Below are positions 30,501-40,355 of a DNA stretch of 64,000 bases, one piece after another; the first letter of the stretch is position 1, and the number at the start of each line of letters is the position of its first letter. Under the pieces are notes generated by a model. It ran no database searches. It was given only the letters and a program-made list of their open reading frames with translations, and was not told the DNA's origin. The stretch is from Gammaproteobacteria bacterium (GTDB lineage Bacteria > Pseudomonadota > Gammaproteobacteria > Eutrophobiales > Eutrophobiaceae). Location of the stretch: positions 1,056,001 through 1,120,000 of the forward strand of contig CBDEUK010000002.1 in assembly GCA_965243205.1 (NCBI GenBank), in the 5' to 3' direction. Both the position numbers and the translations under genes were made by a program.

Positions 30501-31393
30501 CATGCCTGATTATGTTCAAGTGTCTTTTGTATGGCTTCAGCTTTGGATACTTGTCGAATTTCATCTAAATCAGGTACAGATAAAACCTCACCACTTTTTA
30601 AATTATTAATATTATTTTGTTCAAAAGCATCTGGGTTATTTCGATACAAAGCCATCATGGTTTGTTGAATGCTAACGCTTGTTTCCGGTCTCATCGAACT
30701 TGCTAAAGCCCATAATGTATCCCCCTTAGAGGTTGTGTAATCACCACCAGAATAACTTGGAGACGGGGTTGGGGTTGAACTTGGGCTAGTAGTATTTGTA
30801 ACTGGCTTAGGTTGGTAGTCCGAAGTTGTTGTGGAGCCTGTAGAATGATCGACATAAACGGTTGGACCTGAGGTATCGATAGCCGATGCTCTCACCACAG
30901 GAATCTTTTTAGGATACGTTGGCTCAACTGTCTCGGTAGAGCTAGTAACAGGTTGAGGTTGGGTACGGCTAGTCACTGGTGCTGGCGTAGTCGCAACTAC
31001 AGGCGCATAAGTTGGAGGATCTAATAAAGCGGTATATTCACGCAATAATCGACCACGATTCCAATTAATTTCAACCAAAAAGTTAAGATATGGTTCTCTT
31101 ATTAGATCATTACTAGTAATAACGATGTAATCAGCACCACGGGTTTCCTTAATATCAAATTTTAATTTGGTTAAATTAAATGAACGCTCAACTCCTGCAC
31201 GTTCAAAATCTTCTGGGCCAGCTAGGTTAACTTTTAAGCTATCCAATTCATCTGCGCTTGCTGACAGCAACTCAATTTGGGCTTTGAATGGTTCATTAAG
31301 CTTTGATTGAAGATCTAATTTGCCTAACCCCAATGCAAGGCTGGTGCAAGGTAAAGCAAGTATAGATAATGTAAGCGCTATGCTACGAATCAT
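27527..31393 (-). CDS. fimV: FimV/HubP polar landmark protein
   Basis: LGLG..QSKLNEPF N-domain, LysM-like GDTLW..NPDAF, coiled coil, TM, long acidic region, C-terminal TKLDLAKAYVELGD. Confidence 0.93.
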   Translation of the reverse strand: MIRSIALTLSILALPCTSLALGLGKLDLQSKLNEPFKAQIELLSASADELDSLKVNLAGPEDFERAGVERSFNLTKLKFDIKETRGADYIVITSNDLIREPYLNFLVEINWNRGRLLREYTALLDPPTYAPVVATTPAPVTSRTQPQPVTSSTETVEPTYPKKIPVVRASAIDTSGPTVYVDHSTGSTTTSDYQPKPVTNTTSPSSTPTPSPSYSGGDYTTSKGDTLWALASSMRPETSVSIQQTMMALYRNNPDAFEQNNINNLKSGEVLSVPDLDEIRQVSKAEAIQKTLEHNQAWQGYRETLANNVSERPDSSGMSLPTTSDDSPGLPTETLAEESDPELRLVGSDDSTSGVGQGSGDTGSSSAVNSDDMAIAQESLVALESENKELQEKLLEAESIIDDLNRLIVLKEDELSALRQQISATTSEEMIEEAPLEEEFPQEEPLTEDMEDSLPMEAELSETIGEEMIPEESSAFDESSQFIQEEPLAETDLSEYGELYDEEPAMEEAFPGESESFDEEIEEPIADVMDDGFEEETLPDEIEEIPAETPVVETQPETSVADTTTDDSSAGVMGMVQQYLGSIMGFVQDNLTLVGSGLGGILALLLGYFGLKKLRSGKEEELELDDDDDILSFGSDDNDDEDLISTVSEEPAPEADSNDTLVMDAPIDLSQPIETTESDAEKTAAHDFSDSGPAGYAEPHSADADEDPLAEVNVFLAYEHFDQAEEFVKKNLEEQPDNLEFHTKLLEVYYASGDKKAYEDAAKVLQDKFGSSGEHWDNALAMWAELSPNREIFTERTDGLDDTQAIDPDDVDDALTSGSGIVDLTAQDPSAVPDSGLEETAADVLDITGQNVLPTKQANEENKGADPQGLIDTLSEASDLETLSDSNILDVSTSSAVGDELEFSLPSESAEHILDLTGGDGGEDILDITAGSQEDLLDVTASTDLDTLASLATNKSDIEEENTLDFDVQALDLDVPDEAESTPEPAGDSSIERAMDALDAAASTPSEAEESSIDFDLPLDIDNGTTDSGSIDLDISGAHELPEKSDDAIDPSEAVTVEMDAIPTPTSDEETVNLDAADISLTDDFSVDLTLDSDNNDDEVEVEPTVKMGISDEVTLDFDTHGQDTDDLKSDLGDTTVDEGSVDLDLTNEFTLDEENTDSLSDGFELELDDEEEMIPNTELDIDMEGTVELPENATAELSENTTNYDAPTVEMPKVDYMADDDDKTVFIPRSASSEQQSLEDEVSTKLDLAKAYVELGDNDSAKTILDEIVAEGNDEQKQVAKQLLDQI

Positions 31394-31411
31394 AGTTTGT
31401 TCCTGTTATCG

Positions 31412-31807
31412 TTATCCTAATTTAGGGTCTATCAGTATTTGATATTGACGATTCAAACGTCCCGATGACCAATTTAGTTCTAAAATAAAATTAACCACCG
31501 GCTCGATGATTGGTTTTTGACTTTGTATTTGTAAAAAATGTTTTCCGTTCGCTTGTTTCACCAATTCGATTTGGATTTTGGGTTGGCGGTAAAGATTGCC
31601 CAGTGATTCATCATAAATTACCCCAACCTTTAAATTTTCTAATTCTTTCGCACTGATTGAGCTTAAAGCAATGGTTGCATTCAACTTTTCGTTCAAGCTT
31701 GAATGTAATTCTAATTCTGATACAGATAACGCATAACCAGATGAAATTTTGGTTAATAACGCAAACAAAGCAGCAAAGCGCATCATGGTTATTATTTTCA
31801 TCGACAT
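31412..31807 (-). CDS. Stand-alone FimV N-terminal-domain protein
   Basis: Signal peptide then LHSSLNEKLNATI..PIIEPVVNFILELNWSSGRLNRQYQILIDP, paralogous to the first ~125 residues of the adjacent FimV. Confidence 0.8.
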   Translation of the reverse strand: MSMKIITMMRFAALFALLTKISSGYALSVSELELHSSLNEKLNATIALSSISAKELENLKVGVIYDESLGNLYRQPKIQIELVKQANGKHFLQIQSQKPIIEPVVNFILELNWSSGRLNRQYQILIDPKLG

Positions 31808-31979
31808 ATTCGTTATTTACCCAATGATTTTTATATCAAAATCAATATCTTACGAAAAATAAAAGACTAACCCAGAACAACGCTTCCCATAAGCGTCTTG
31901 AGTTAGCTAAAAATTCATTACAAATACTAATTAAATCCAGTACTTATAGTATTTCTTTATACTAGTACTTAACTATAGC

Positions 31980-33002
31980 TTATAAATACTCTTTTACCAA
32001 AATTTCAGCGATTTGAACACTATTTAATGCCGCACCTTTGCGCACGTTATCAGAAACAACCCATAAATTGATTCCACGAGGGTGAGATATGTCTTCTCGG
32101 ATACGTCCGACAAAGACGGGATCAGTACCTGCTGACTCAGTTACCGCTGTTGGATAGCCACCATCTTCATGCTGATCAATAACCTCAATACCAGGGGCAT
32201 TTTCAAGCAATTCACGGGCTTGTTCGGCAGTAAGCTTGTTTTTGGTCTCAATATGTACAGCTTCTGAGTGTCCAAAAAATACTGGTACACGAACGGCGGT
32301 AGGATTCACTAGAATCGAATCGTCTTCCATAATTTTCTGAGTTTCCCACACCATTTTCATTTCTTCTTTGGTATAACCGTTATCTTGAAATGCATCGATA
32401 TGAGGAAGCGCGTTAAAGGCGATTTGCTTTGGATATACCGCCGCTTTGTATTCTTTGCCATTCATTAAAGCCGCAGTTTGCCCAGCTAGCTCTTCAATCG
32501 CCTCTTTACCCGTGCCTGATACCGCTTGATAGGTACAAACATTTAATCGTTCTATCGTCGCTGCATCATGTAACGGTTTTAAAGCCACAAGCATCTGTAT
32601 AGTTGAACAATTTGGGTTTGCTATGATGCCTCGGTTTTTATGATTAGCGATTGCATGAGGATTCACTTCAGGTACAACTAATGGAATATCATCGTCATAA
32701 CGAAACTGTGATGTGTTATCCACGACCACACATCCAGCTTCAGCAGCACGAGGCGCGTGAATTTTAGAAACCGAAGCACCTGGAGAAAATAAACCAATAT
32801 CCACCCCAGTAAAGTCATAGCTTTCTAAATCTTGAACCATGAGTTCTTCACCTTTGAAAGGAATTTTTGTTCCAGCTGAACGGCTACTAGCCAAAGGCAC
32901 GACTTCTGAAGCAGGAAAGTTTCGTTCTTCTAATATGGACAACATGGTTTCACCCACAGCCCCGGTCGCCCCTACCACTGCCACTTTATATTCTTTACTC
33001 AT
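31980..33002 (-). CDS. asd: Aspartate-semialdehyde dehydrogenase
   Basis: VVGATGAVG, ANPNCSTIQ, DNVRKGAALN. Confidence 0.98.
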   Translation of the reverse strand: MSKEYKVAVVGATGAVGETMLSILEERNFPASEVVPLASSRSAGTKIPFKGEELMVQDLESYDFTGVDIGLFSPGASVSKIHAPRAAEAGCVVVDNTSQFRYDDDIPLVVPEVNPHAIANHKNRGIIANPNCSTIQMLVALKPLHDAATIERLNVCTYQAVSGTGKEAIEELAGQTAALMNGKEYKAAVYPKQIAFNALPHIDAFQDNGYTKEEMKMVWETQKIMEDDSILVNPTAVRVPVFFGHSEAVHIETKNKLTAEQARELLENAPGIEVIDQHEDGGYPTAVTESAGTDPVFVGRIREDISHPRGINLWVVSDNVRKGAALNSVQIAEILVKEYL

Positions 33003-33028
33003 TCTTCAAATACCTACTAAATTTTTAT

Positions 33029-34105
33029 TTATTGTAGTTCTGCAACAACGGCATCACCCATTTCTGAAGTACTAACTTTCGTCATACCATCAGAATAGAT
33101 GTCAGCTGTTCGAATTCCTTTAGCTAATACCGTTTTAACGGCATTATCGATTTTATCTGCCATTGCAGATTCACTTAATGAATAACGTAACATCATAGAA
33201 GCCGATAAAATCGTCGCCAAAGGATTCGCAATATTCTGTCCTGCAATATCAGGTGCTGAACCATGAATCGGTTCATACATGCCTGCTCCAGTTTCATTCA
33301 AAGAAGCTGAAGGTAATAAACCAATAGAGCCTGTTAACATGGAAGCCGTATCAGACAGAATATCTCCAAACATGTTACCCGTAACAATGACATCAAATTG
33401 TTTTGGGTTACGTACTAACTGCATCGAGGCGTTATCAACATACATATGTTCTAATGTAACCTCTGGATAATCCTTCGCAACGTCTGACACGATTTCACGC
33501 CATAATTCCATGACCTCCATCACATTGGCCTTATCAACGGAACATACCTTCTTGTTACGCTCCATTGCGATCTCAAAACTCATATTAGCAATGCGTCGAA
33601 TCTCAGATTCGGTATAGGTTAAGCTGTTATAACCTTCACGTTCACCATTTTCCAAAGTACGAATGCCACGAGGTTGTCCAAAATAGATACCGCCGGTTAA
33701 TTCACGCACAATCATAATATCCATATTTTCAACCAGCTCGAATTTTAGACTGGAAGCATCGGCTAATTCAGGATAAACAATAGCAGGACGTAAATTACCA
33801 AATAAGCCCAATTCTGAACGTAATGCCAAAAGCCCTCGTTCCGGCCGTAAATCTCGTTCAATTTGTTCCCACTTAGGACCGCCGATCGCACCAAACAAAA
33901 TTGCATCCGCGGCTTTAGCTTTTTCTAATGTTTCTTCTGGTAATGGTTTTCCAACCGCATCATAAGCTGCACCACCTACCAATGCTTCTTCCATCTGGAT
34001 ATCTAATCCATGTTTTTGTTGTAAGACTTCAAGAACCTTCACAGCCTCAACGGTAATTTCTATGCCGATGCCGTCACCAGGCAATACCAAAATCTGTTTT
34101 GTCAC
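33029..34105 (-). CDS. leuB: 3-isopropylmalate dehydrogenase
   Basis: [38 protein letters not shown]. Confidence 0.98.
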   Translation of the reverse strand: MTKQILVLPGDGIGIEITVEAVKVLEVLQQKHGLDIQMEEALVGGAAYDAVGKPLPEETLEKAKAADAILFGAIGGPKWEQIERDLRPERGLLALRSELGLFGNLRPAIVYPELADASSLKFELVENMDIMIVRELTGGIYFGQPRGIRTLENGEREGYNSLTYTESEIRRIANMSFEIAMERNKKVCSVDKANVMEVMELWREIVSDVAKDYPEVTLEHMYVDNASMQLVRNPKQFDVIVTGNMFGDILSDTASMLTGSIGLLPSASLNETGAGMYEPIHGSAPDIAGQNIANPLATILSASMMLRYSLSESAMADKIDNAVKTVLAKGIRTADIYSDGMTKVSTSEMGDAVVAELQ

Positions 34106-34198
34106 AGTTAATTCCTAATAAATAGTATGATTAATATGAATGTATTCGGGCCAAAATGTTGCGACCGCAAAAAAGCGCTAAAGCATACCTTAATTTTA

Positions 34199-35083
34199 CT
34201 AATTTCGGGAATGCTTAATTGTTGATCTGGCCGATAACCAAGCAGCCAATAAAACTAATATTCCACCAATCCACTCTCGACCTGTCATAACTTCATTACT
34301 CAGAATAGCTGCTGACACAGCACCAGCAGGTACTTCAAATAAAAATAAGGTCGCCGATTGATGCAACGGTAAATGCGTCACCCCATATTGCGCACAATAC
34401 GTCATTAATAACATCCCCAAAATACCCACTAATGCGCCAATTAACCATGCTGACGGTTCTGGATGTGGAATCGGATTATGCATTATCAATAAGCCGATAA
34501 TTGATAATGCTATAACGCCTAGAAATGCTGCTGACATTTTATGTGCGATAGGAATATCACCAATTTTTCTGACTAACACATTCGTTAGAGCAAAACCAAA
34601 ACCAGATGTAATCGCTAACCAATCTGCTTTGCTAAATACAAAATCAAATTCTTCTGTCCATAACAAAATGATTGCGCCTATGAACGCTAAACTTAGATGC
34701 AAAAAAGCTGAACGGCTAATCGGTTCATGAAAAAATAATCGACTTAGTAGAATTGTCCATACTGGCGATAGATAAAATAATAATAAGACTCGAACAACAG
34801 TTCCTTCTAGCATTGCCAATATAAAAGCCAAATTTGTCCAACCCGCCGCTAAAGCTAAACACAGTAATAATCCATGTTGTTTCGGAATAGTAGTTCGTTT
34901 GAATAAGATATAACTAATTACAAAGACACTTGCAGGGACATAAATTGCCAATGTAGCCCATAGCCCTGGCAACCCTTGTGCCTCCATAATTCGTAATGGA
35001 TACCATAATAATCCCCATAGAATGGCAGCATACAAACAGGCTGAAACTGCTAAGATGGACTGAGTATTATTATTGGAATTCAT
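34199..35083 (-). CDS. DMT/EamA-family transporter
   Basis: About 10 TM segments in two repeats; LWG..W, LLFYLSPVW. Confidence 0.85.
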   Translation of the reverse strand: MNSNNNTQSILAVSACLYAAILWGLLWYPLRIMEAQGLPGLWATLAIYVPASVFVISYILFKRTTIPKQHGLLLCLALAAGWTNLAFILAMLEGTVVRVLLLFYLSPVWTILLSRLFFHEPISRSAFLHLSLAFIGAIILLWTEEFDFVFSKADWLAITSGFGFALTNVLVRKIGDIPIAHKMSAAFLGVIALSIIGLLIMHNPIPHPEPSAWLIGALVGILGMLLMTYCAQYGVTHLPLHQSATLFLFEVPAGAVSAAILSNEVMTGREWIGGILVLLAAWLSARSTIKHSRN

Positions 35084-35163
35084 TTTGGTTGCTGAATAAG
35101 TTCTCTTATAATCGACAGCCTTTTAACCTAAGACGCCATAAAAGTACACGTAAAAACTAAAAT

Positions 35164-36360
35164 ATGAACCCAGGATTAAAACAACTTCATCCATATCCGT
35201 TTGAGAAATTAGCCAAACTAACAGCAGATATAGAAAGAAACCCTAATCTTTCACCCATCAGTTTGGGAATTGGTGAGCCTAAACATGCTACACCGTCTTT
35301 TATCGTTAATGCCATCAAAGAGAATTTACAGACTGCGGCAAACTATCCAACGACTAAAGGCATCCCTGAACTACGTGAAGCAATTGCTTATTGGTTAAGC
35401 CAACGTTTCAATTTATTAGAATCAGCCATCGACCCGAATAAAAATGTGCTGCCTGTGAATGGCACACGCGAAGCCTTATTTGCGTTTACTCAATGTGTGG
35501 TCGACTCAAGCCAAGATTCAAAAGTATTAATGCCAAATCCGTTTTATCAAATTTACGAAGGCGCTGCATATTTGGCTGGTGCAGAACCTGTTTATTTGAA
35601 CTGTGAAGAAGACAACAACTTTCTTCCTAATTTTGACAAAGTACCGCAATCCGTTTGGCAGCAATGTCGCTTGTTGTTTGTTTGTTCTCCAGGAAATCCA
35701 ACTGGTGCGGTTATTAATCAATCGATCTATAACGATTTATTCGAACTGTCTGATCGTTATGGATTTATTATCGTTGCTGACGAATGTTATTCTGAAATTT
35801 ACTTTGATGAAAAAAAACCACCTTTAGGTTTATTAGAAGCTGCCTCAGTCTCTGGTCGTGATGATTTTAAAAACTGTATGGTATTTCATAGCTTATCCAA
35901 ACGTTCAAATGTACCAGGCATTCGCTCTGGTTTCGTGGCGGGAGATGAAACACTCATTGCTGAGTTTCTGCGCTATCGTACTTATCATGGTTGTGCCATG
36001 TCGCCTTATACTCAAATCGCCAGTGTTGCCGCTTGGCAAGACGAGGAGCATGTAAAAGATAACCGAAGACTCTACAAAGAAAAATTCACTGATGTATTAA
36101 AAATTCTGCAACCTCATTTAGAAGTTGAGCAACCTGATGCCAGCTTTTATTTGTGGCCAAAAACCTCGATATGTGACCAGGAATTTGCAAAAATCTTGTT
36201 AAAGCAAGAGAATGTCGCTGTTCTACCCGGCAGTTATTTGTCCCGAGACGTCGAAAATATCAATCCAGGTAAAAACCGAGTTCGTATGGCACTGGTTGCG
36301 GATTACAATGAATGCATTGAAGCAGCCAACCGTATCACCCGCGCCCTACAAACACTTTAA
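35164..36360 (+). CDS. dapC: Succinyldiaminopimelate transaminase
   Basis: PYPFEKL, IGEPKH, NGTREALF, SLSKRSNVPGIRSG; upstream of dapD. Confidence 0.95.
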   Translation: MNPGLKQLHPYPFEKLAKLTADIERNPNLSPISLGIGEPKHATPSFIVNAIKENLQTAANYPTTKGIPELREAIAYWLSQRFNLLESAIDPNKNVLPVNGTREALFAFTQCVVDSSQDSKVLMPNPFYQIYEGAAYLAGAEPVYLNCEEDNNFLPNFDKVPQSVWQQCRLLFVCSPGNPTGAVINQSIYNDLFELSDRYGFIIVADECYSEIYFDEKKPPLGLLEAASVSGRDDFKNCMVFHSLSKRSNVPGIRSGFVAGDETLIAEFLRYRTYHGCAMSPYTQIASVAAWQDEEHVKDNRRLYKEKFTDVLKILQPHLEVEQPDASFYLWPKTSICDQEFAKILLKQENVAVLPGSYLSRDVENINPGKNRVRMALVADYNECIEAANRITRALQTL

Positions 36361-36388
36361 TTTAATGTTACAAGACTAGGAAATAATA

Positions 36389-37219
36389 ATGAGTAATTAC
36401 GAAGCGATAATTAACGAGCACTTTGAAAACCGTGCAAATATCAATAAAGGCAATGCCAGTGAAGAATTAAAAGAAGCGGTTGATAACACTATATGGGGAC
36501 TGGATTCAGGGCGTTTACGTGTTGCAGAAAAGAAAGACGGTGAATGGATTACTCACCAATGGATTAAAAAAGCGGTTTTATTATCATTCGTGCTTCGTGA
36601 TAACAGCGTAATTCAAGGTGGTATTACGAACTATTTTGATAAAGTACCTTTGAAATATTATGGCTATACCAAAAGTAACTTTTTAGATAACGGTGCACCA
36701 CGTATTGTACCTCCAGCAGTTGCACGTCAAGGTAGTTTCATTGCTAGTAACGTGGTCTGCATGCCTTCTTATGTGAACATTGGCGCTTATGTCGATTCAG
36801 GTACTATGGTTGATACATGGGTAACCGTAGGTTCATGTGCTCAGATCGGTAAAAACGTACATTTATCAGGCGGTGTCGGTATCGGTGGTGTTTTAGAACC
36901 TTTACAAGCTAACCCAACCATTATTGAAGACAACTGCTTTATAGGAGCTCGCTCTGAGGTTGTTGAAGGCGTAATTGTCGGTGAAGGTTCAGTGATTTCA
37001 ATGGGTGTATACATTGGTCAAAGCACAAAGATATACAACCGTGCAACTGGCGAAGTGACTTATGGCTATATTCCACCTGGTTCGGTTGTAGTGTCTGGTA
37101 ACCTCCCTTCAAAAGATGGTAGTCACAGCTTGTATTGTGCAGTTATCGTCAAACAGGTGGACGAGAAAACTCGAAGTAAAGTTGGAATCAATGAGTTATT
37201 AAGAGAAATAGACGAGTAA
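36389..37219 (+). CDS. dapD: Tetrahydrodipicolinate N-succinyltransferase
   Basis: [36 protein letters not shown]. Confidence 0.98.
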   Translation: MSNYEAIINEHFENRANINKGNASEELKEAVDNTIWGLDSGRLRVAEKKDGEWITHQWIKKAVLLSFVLRDNSVIQGGITNYFDKVPLKYYGYTKSNFLDNGAPRIVPPAVARQGSFIASNVVCMPSYVNIGAYVDSGTMVDTWVTVGSCAQIGKNVHLSGGVGIGGVLEPLQANPTIIEDNCFIGARSEVVEGVIVGEGSVISMGVYIGQSTKIYNRATGEVTYGYIPPGSVVVSGNLPSKDGSHSLYCAVIVKQVDEKTRSKVGINELLREIDE

Positions 37220-37238
37220 GTCATTACTTACTTTATAT

Positions 37239-37263
37239 AAAAGGGCCTCATGGCCCTTTTTTT
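37239..37263 (+). terminator. Intrinsic terminator after dapD
   Basis: AAAAGGGCC-TCAT-GGCCCTTTTTTT. Confidence 0.88.
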
Positions 37264-37283
37264 ATATCCATACCCAACAAATC

Positions 37284-37306
37284 TAAATGAGAATTATTTG
37301 CATTTA
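37284..37306. promoter_or_regulatory. Fur-box-like palindrome
   Basis: TAAATGAGAATTATTTGCATTTA, dyad AAATG-nn-AAT-n-ATT-nn-CATTT. Confidence 0.7.
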
Positions 37307-37371
37307 AGAAAATAAAGGTTATACTTCTATTTAATTATTACTGAAAACTTTATTTAGTAAGGAAATCTAAA

Positions 37372-37605
37372 ATGCAATCAGTCATGACCTCAGAACAACT
37401 CATAGCAGCTATTTTATTTTTAATGACACGCTATTCATTGAATCAAGAAGTAAGTATTGCAAAGATGATCGAAACTCATCTCTCCATGTTAATCAGCCAC
37501 CCTGAAAATCAAAGCGAACTAATGCAAGAAGTCTCCATTAAATTGCAAGAAAAATGGCAAGCGATAAGTGATTATCAAGAATTTAATTTAAAACTCGTAG
37601 GTTAG
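37372..37605 (+). CDS. Small hypothetical protein downstream of a Fur-like box
   Basis: 77 aa, AAGGA RBS, LMTRY..HL..L..HP pattern. Confidence 0.7.
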   Translation: MQSVMTSEQLIAAILFLMTRYSLNQEVSIAKMIETHLSMLISHPENQSELMQEVSIKLQEKWQAISDYQEFNLKLVG

Positions 37606-37614
37606 GGGAACAGA

Positions 37615-37836
37615 ATGTCCGAACACAAAACATGTAAAACTGAAATTATTAGTGAATCATCCGCTTGCACCATCACACGCTGTAAATCATGTAATACCTA
37701 TCACTTACATATAGGCCCAATGAGTTTACGACTAAAAGAAGAAGTATTTAATGATTTAAGTAATACAATTTTGAATGCTCAATGGATGATCCTACAAGAT
37801 AATGAACAAAATCTAAGTCCGTCATTAGCGCATTAA
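37615..37836 (+). CDS. Small Cys/His-rich putative metal-binding protein
   Basis: 73 aa, C-x4-C-x2-C-x3-H-x-H; AGGGGA RBS; 9 bp after the previous ORF. Confidence 0.7.
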   Translation: MSEHKTCKTEIISESSACTITRCKSCNTYHLHIGPMSLRLKEEVFNDLSNTILNAQWMILQDNEQNLSPSLAH

Positions 37837-37846
37837 AGGAAAATCC

Positions 37847-39256
37847 TTAACGGGTAATTCCAAACTTATCCAATTGCGCTGTAGCTGCATAATAGTTGGC
37901 AATACTCATATAATAATTTTCTAGTGCTTGAAGCTGACGAATTTCTGCATCTGCCGATTGTTGTTCACGTAGATTAATCAAAAAGAAATCGCTTTCGCCT
38001 GCTGAGTAGCGCACTTTTTCAGCTTGCTCTAGTTTTAACGCTAAACCATATTCTTCTGATGTGAGATCAATAAAAGTGACGTTGGCTTCGATTATCTCAA
38101 CTAGCTTTCTAATCTCTGCATCGATTTGATCTTTTAATAATTGTCGTTCAAAACGTAACTCACTTTGCTTTGCACGAATTTTAGAAAGCTTTCCTCTTTG
38201 TGTTCGAGTACCAATCGGAACTTCAAGACTTAACTGAAATAAAAGTTCGTTTTCATCAAGTGTACGTGATCCGTTACCGAAATCTCTTGAAGCTTTAACA
38301 CCCACATCAAGTTGAGGAAGTAAAGAATTCTCAGCTAATTTTTCAAGATTTTCTTGTTGTTTTAATTGTTGATCAATTGCAGCTAAACCTGGTTGATTGT
38401 CAGTAACCGTTGAAAAATCATAATTGACTTGAGCTATAACTGAATTATCAATTTGTGGAAATACTTCAGGTAAAACATCATTCTCAACCAATACCGGAAG
38501 ACCCGCGGAGCTACGATAATAGAGTGATAAATTCGTTGCAGCGTTCTGAAATTGTTGGATAGCATTTCTTACTAACGATTTACGAGTAAGTATATTCCGT
38601 TCGTTTTCGACCAATTGAATATCTGCTACTTCACCGAGACGATTTTTTTCTTCTAATGCAGTTTGTCTCTTTTCAGCTAATTGTAATAGCGATTGGTAAA
38701 TATGTAGTCTTTGTCCTTCACCTAACCATTTCCAATAGGCGTGCGTTGCATCAAGTAATACTCTCATCTTAGTAAGTAAGACTTTGAACTCTGCTTCTTC
38801 TAAAGATAAAACTTGATTGCGAACATTGACTCTACGAGAGTCGATATCACGATTGCGAAGAAGTGAAAACCAAAATTCTAAATTAAATTCGCCAGCAGAT
38901 TGAGTAATAAGCTCATCTTGATAGATTGGAAAAATACCATCGGAAACTCTGTAACCACCCGCAATACGCGCATTGAAAGACTCAATGGGTTTTATGACTT
39001 TTGTATCAACTTGTGCTCCATCATAAAAACCATTAGCCCAGAATAAACTTTCTTGTTTTATTTTCGAATCAAATGCGCCTTGAGCTTCTAACAACTCAGC
39101 AGCCTTAGCTGATCGTCTTGCAAGTTCTGAATTGATTCTAGGGTAGTGTTGTAAAGAACTTTGTAATACCGAATCTAACGATAAAACATCAGCTTTAACA
39201 TTACTGAAAGACAATAGGAAAATAAATATAAAAACTCGATAAAAAATTATTTTCAT
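37847..39256 (-). CDS. TolC-family outer membrane channel
   Basis: Signal peptide, AQGAFD, LLPQLD..., GESDFFLINLRE; follows HlyD. Confidence 0.88.
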   Translation of the reverse strand: MKIIFYRVFIFIFLLSFSNVKADVLSLDSVLQSSLQHYPRINSELARRSAKAAELLEAQGAFDSKIKQESLFWANGFYDGAQVDTKVIKPIESFNARIAGGYRVSDGIFPIYQDELITQSAGEFNLEFWFSLLRNRDIDSRRVNVRNQVLSLEEAEFKVLLTKMRVLLDATHAYWKWLGEGQRLHIYQSLLQLAEKRQTALEEKNRLGEVADIQLVENERNILTRKSLVRNAIQQFQNAATNLSLYYRSSAGLPVLVENDVLPEVFPQIDNSVIAQVNYDFSTVTDNQPGLAAIDQQLKQQENLEKLAENSLLPQLDVGVKASRDFGNGSRTLDENELLFQLSLEVPIGTRTQRGKLSKIRAKQSELRFERQLLKDQIDAEIRKLVEIIEANVTFIDLTSEEYGLALKLEQAEKVRYSAGESDFFLINLREQQSADAEIRQLQALENYYMSIANYYAATAQLDKFGITR

Positions 39257-39311
39257 AGAAACCTATAGCCTTTTGACTCGATACCTTTTACTACTCAAGT
39301 TATATAATGAT

Positions 39312-40355
39312 TTATTGTTGTTTATTTAAACCAATTGGATTAGGTGGAAATCCATTTATCTTACGCCATATTTCATAACCTAATTTTACCGTATCCAATG
39401 TTACCCATGCTCTGACTTTAGCACCAATTCTTAGAAATTTTTTATCCGGCCATTCCAAATCATTTTCATCCTGAACAATTAAAACTCTAAATCTTCCATT
39501 CGTTGAAACTGCAGGATCAACAGACTGTACTACACCTCCAAATGTACCGATTGCATGACTTGGCCAACCGCTAATTTGAATAACTGGCCAACCCTCAAAT
39601 TCCAAACGTACTTTTCTACCGGGAACAACCAATGCAGCATCCAATCCACTTACTGTAACCTCAACTGCATTTTGCACTTTTTCAGGAGCGAAGGTTACTA
39701 ATGGATCACCCTGTTTAACTAATGAAGAAGTACCAGATTGTAATAATTGGAAAATGGTACCATCTCTTGGAGCAGTTACAATTTGTGATGACTGCCTTGC
39801 AAGTTTTACATCAACTTGATTAAGTTCAGCTGCAACACTAGCCTCTTTGGATAACATTTCTTGAAATTTTATTGAAGCCTTTTCATATTTACTGCGTGAT
39901 ACCAATCCTTGTTCATATAAACTTTCCTGACGTTTGTAATCTATTTGCGCTGTTGCAGTTGCAGAACGAGCGGCGTCTAACTTTTTACTGATAGCTAATC
40001 TCTCTGCAGAAAGTCTTTCAAGTAATTGTGGATCCAAATCAATAATTTGAACGATTGGATCGCCTTTCTTTACAGCATCACCATCACTCACATACCATTC
40101 ATTAATACGACCGTCAGATAGCGCTTGAATTGATAATACTTGATCAGTTGGCTTTAAAACTGTTACTTGACCTTCCCCGTAAGCTGTTTGCACCCAAGGA
40201 GTAAAATATAATACAGCTCCTATCACTAGAATTAAAAATATGATCAAACCTAACAAACTTCTTAAAAATTTCGGAGCATTAATAGAGCGCCAAGTCGATA
40301 GTTCATTCAAGTGAGAAGGTTTAATCACTGAAGCAATTTTTTCAATATGCTTCAT
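39312..40355 (-). CDS. HlyD-family membrane fusion protein
   Basis: PWVQTAYGEG, GDAVKKGDPI, APRDG, GRKVRLEFEGWP. Confidence 0.9.
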   Translation of the reverse strand: MKHIEKIASVIKPSHLNELSTWRSINAPKFLRSLLGLIIFLILVIGAVLYFTPWVQTAYGEGQVTVLKPTDQVLSIQALSDGRINEWYVSDGDAVKKGDPIVQIIDLDPQLLERLSAERLAISKKLDAARSATATAQIDYKRQESLYEQGLVSRSKYEKASIKFQEMLSKEASVAAELNQVDVKLARQSSQIVTAPRDGTIFQLLQSGTSSLVKQGDPLVTFAPEKVQNAVEVTVSGLDAALVVPGRKVRLEFEGWPVIQISGWPSHAIGTFGGVVQSVDPAVSTNGRFRVLIVQDENDLEWPDKKFLRIGAKVRAWVTLDTVKLGYEIWRKINGFPPNPIGLNKQQ

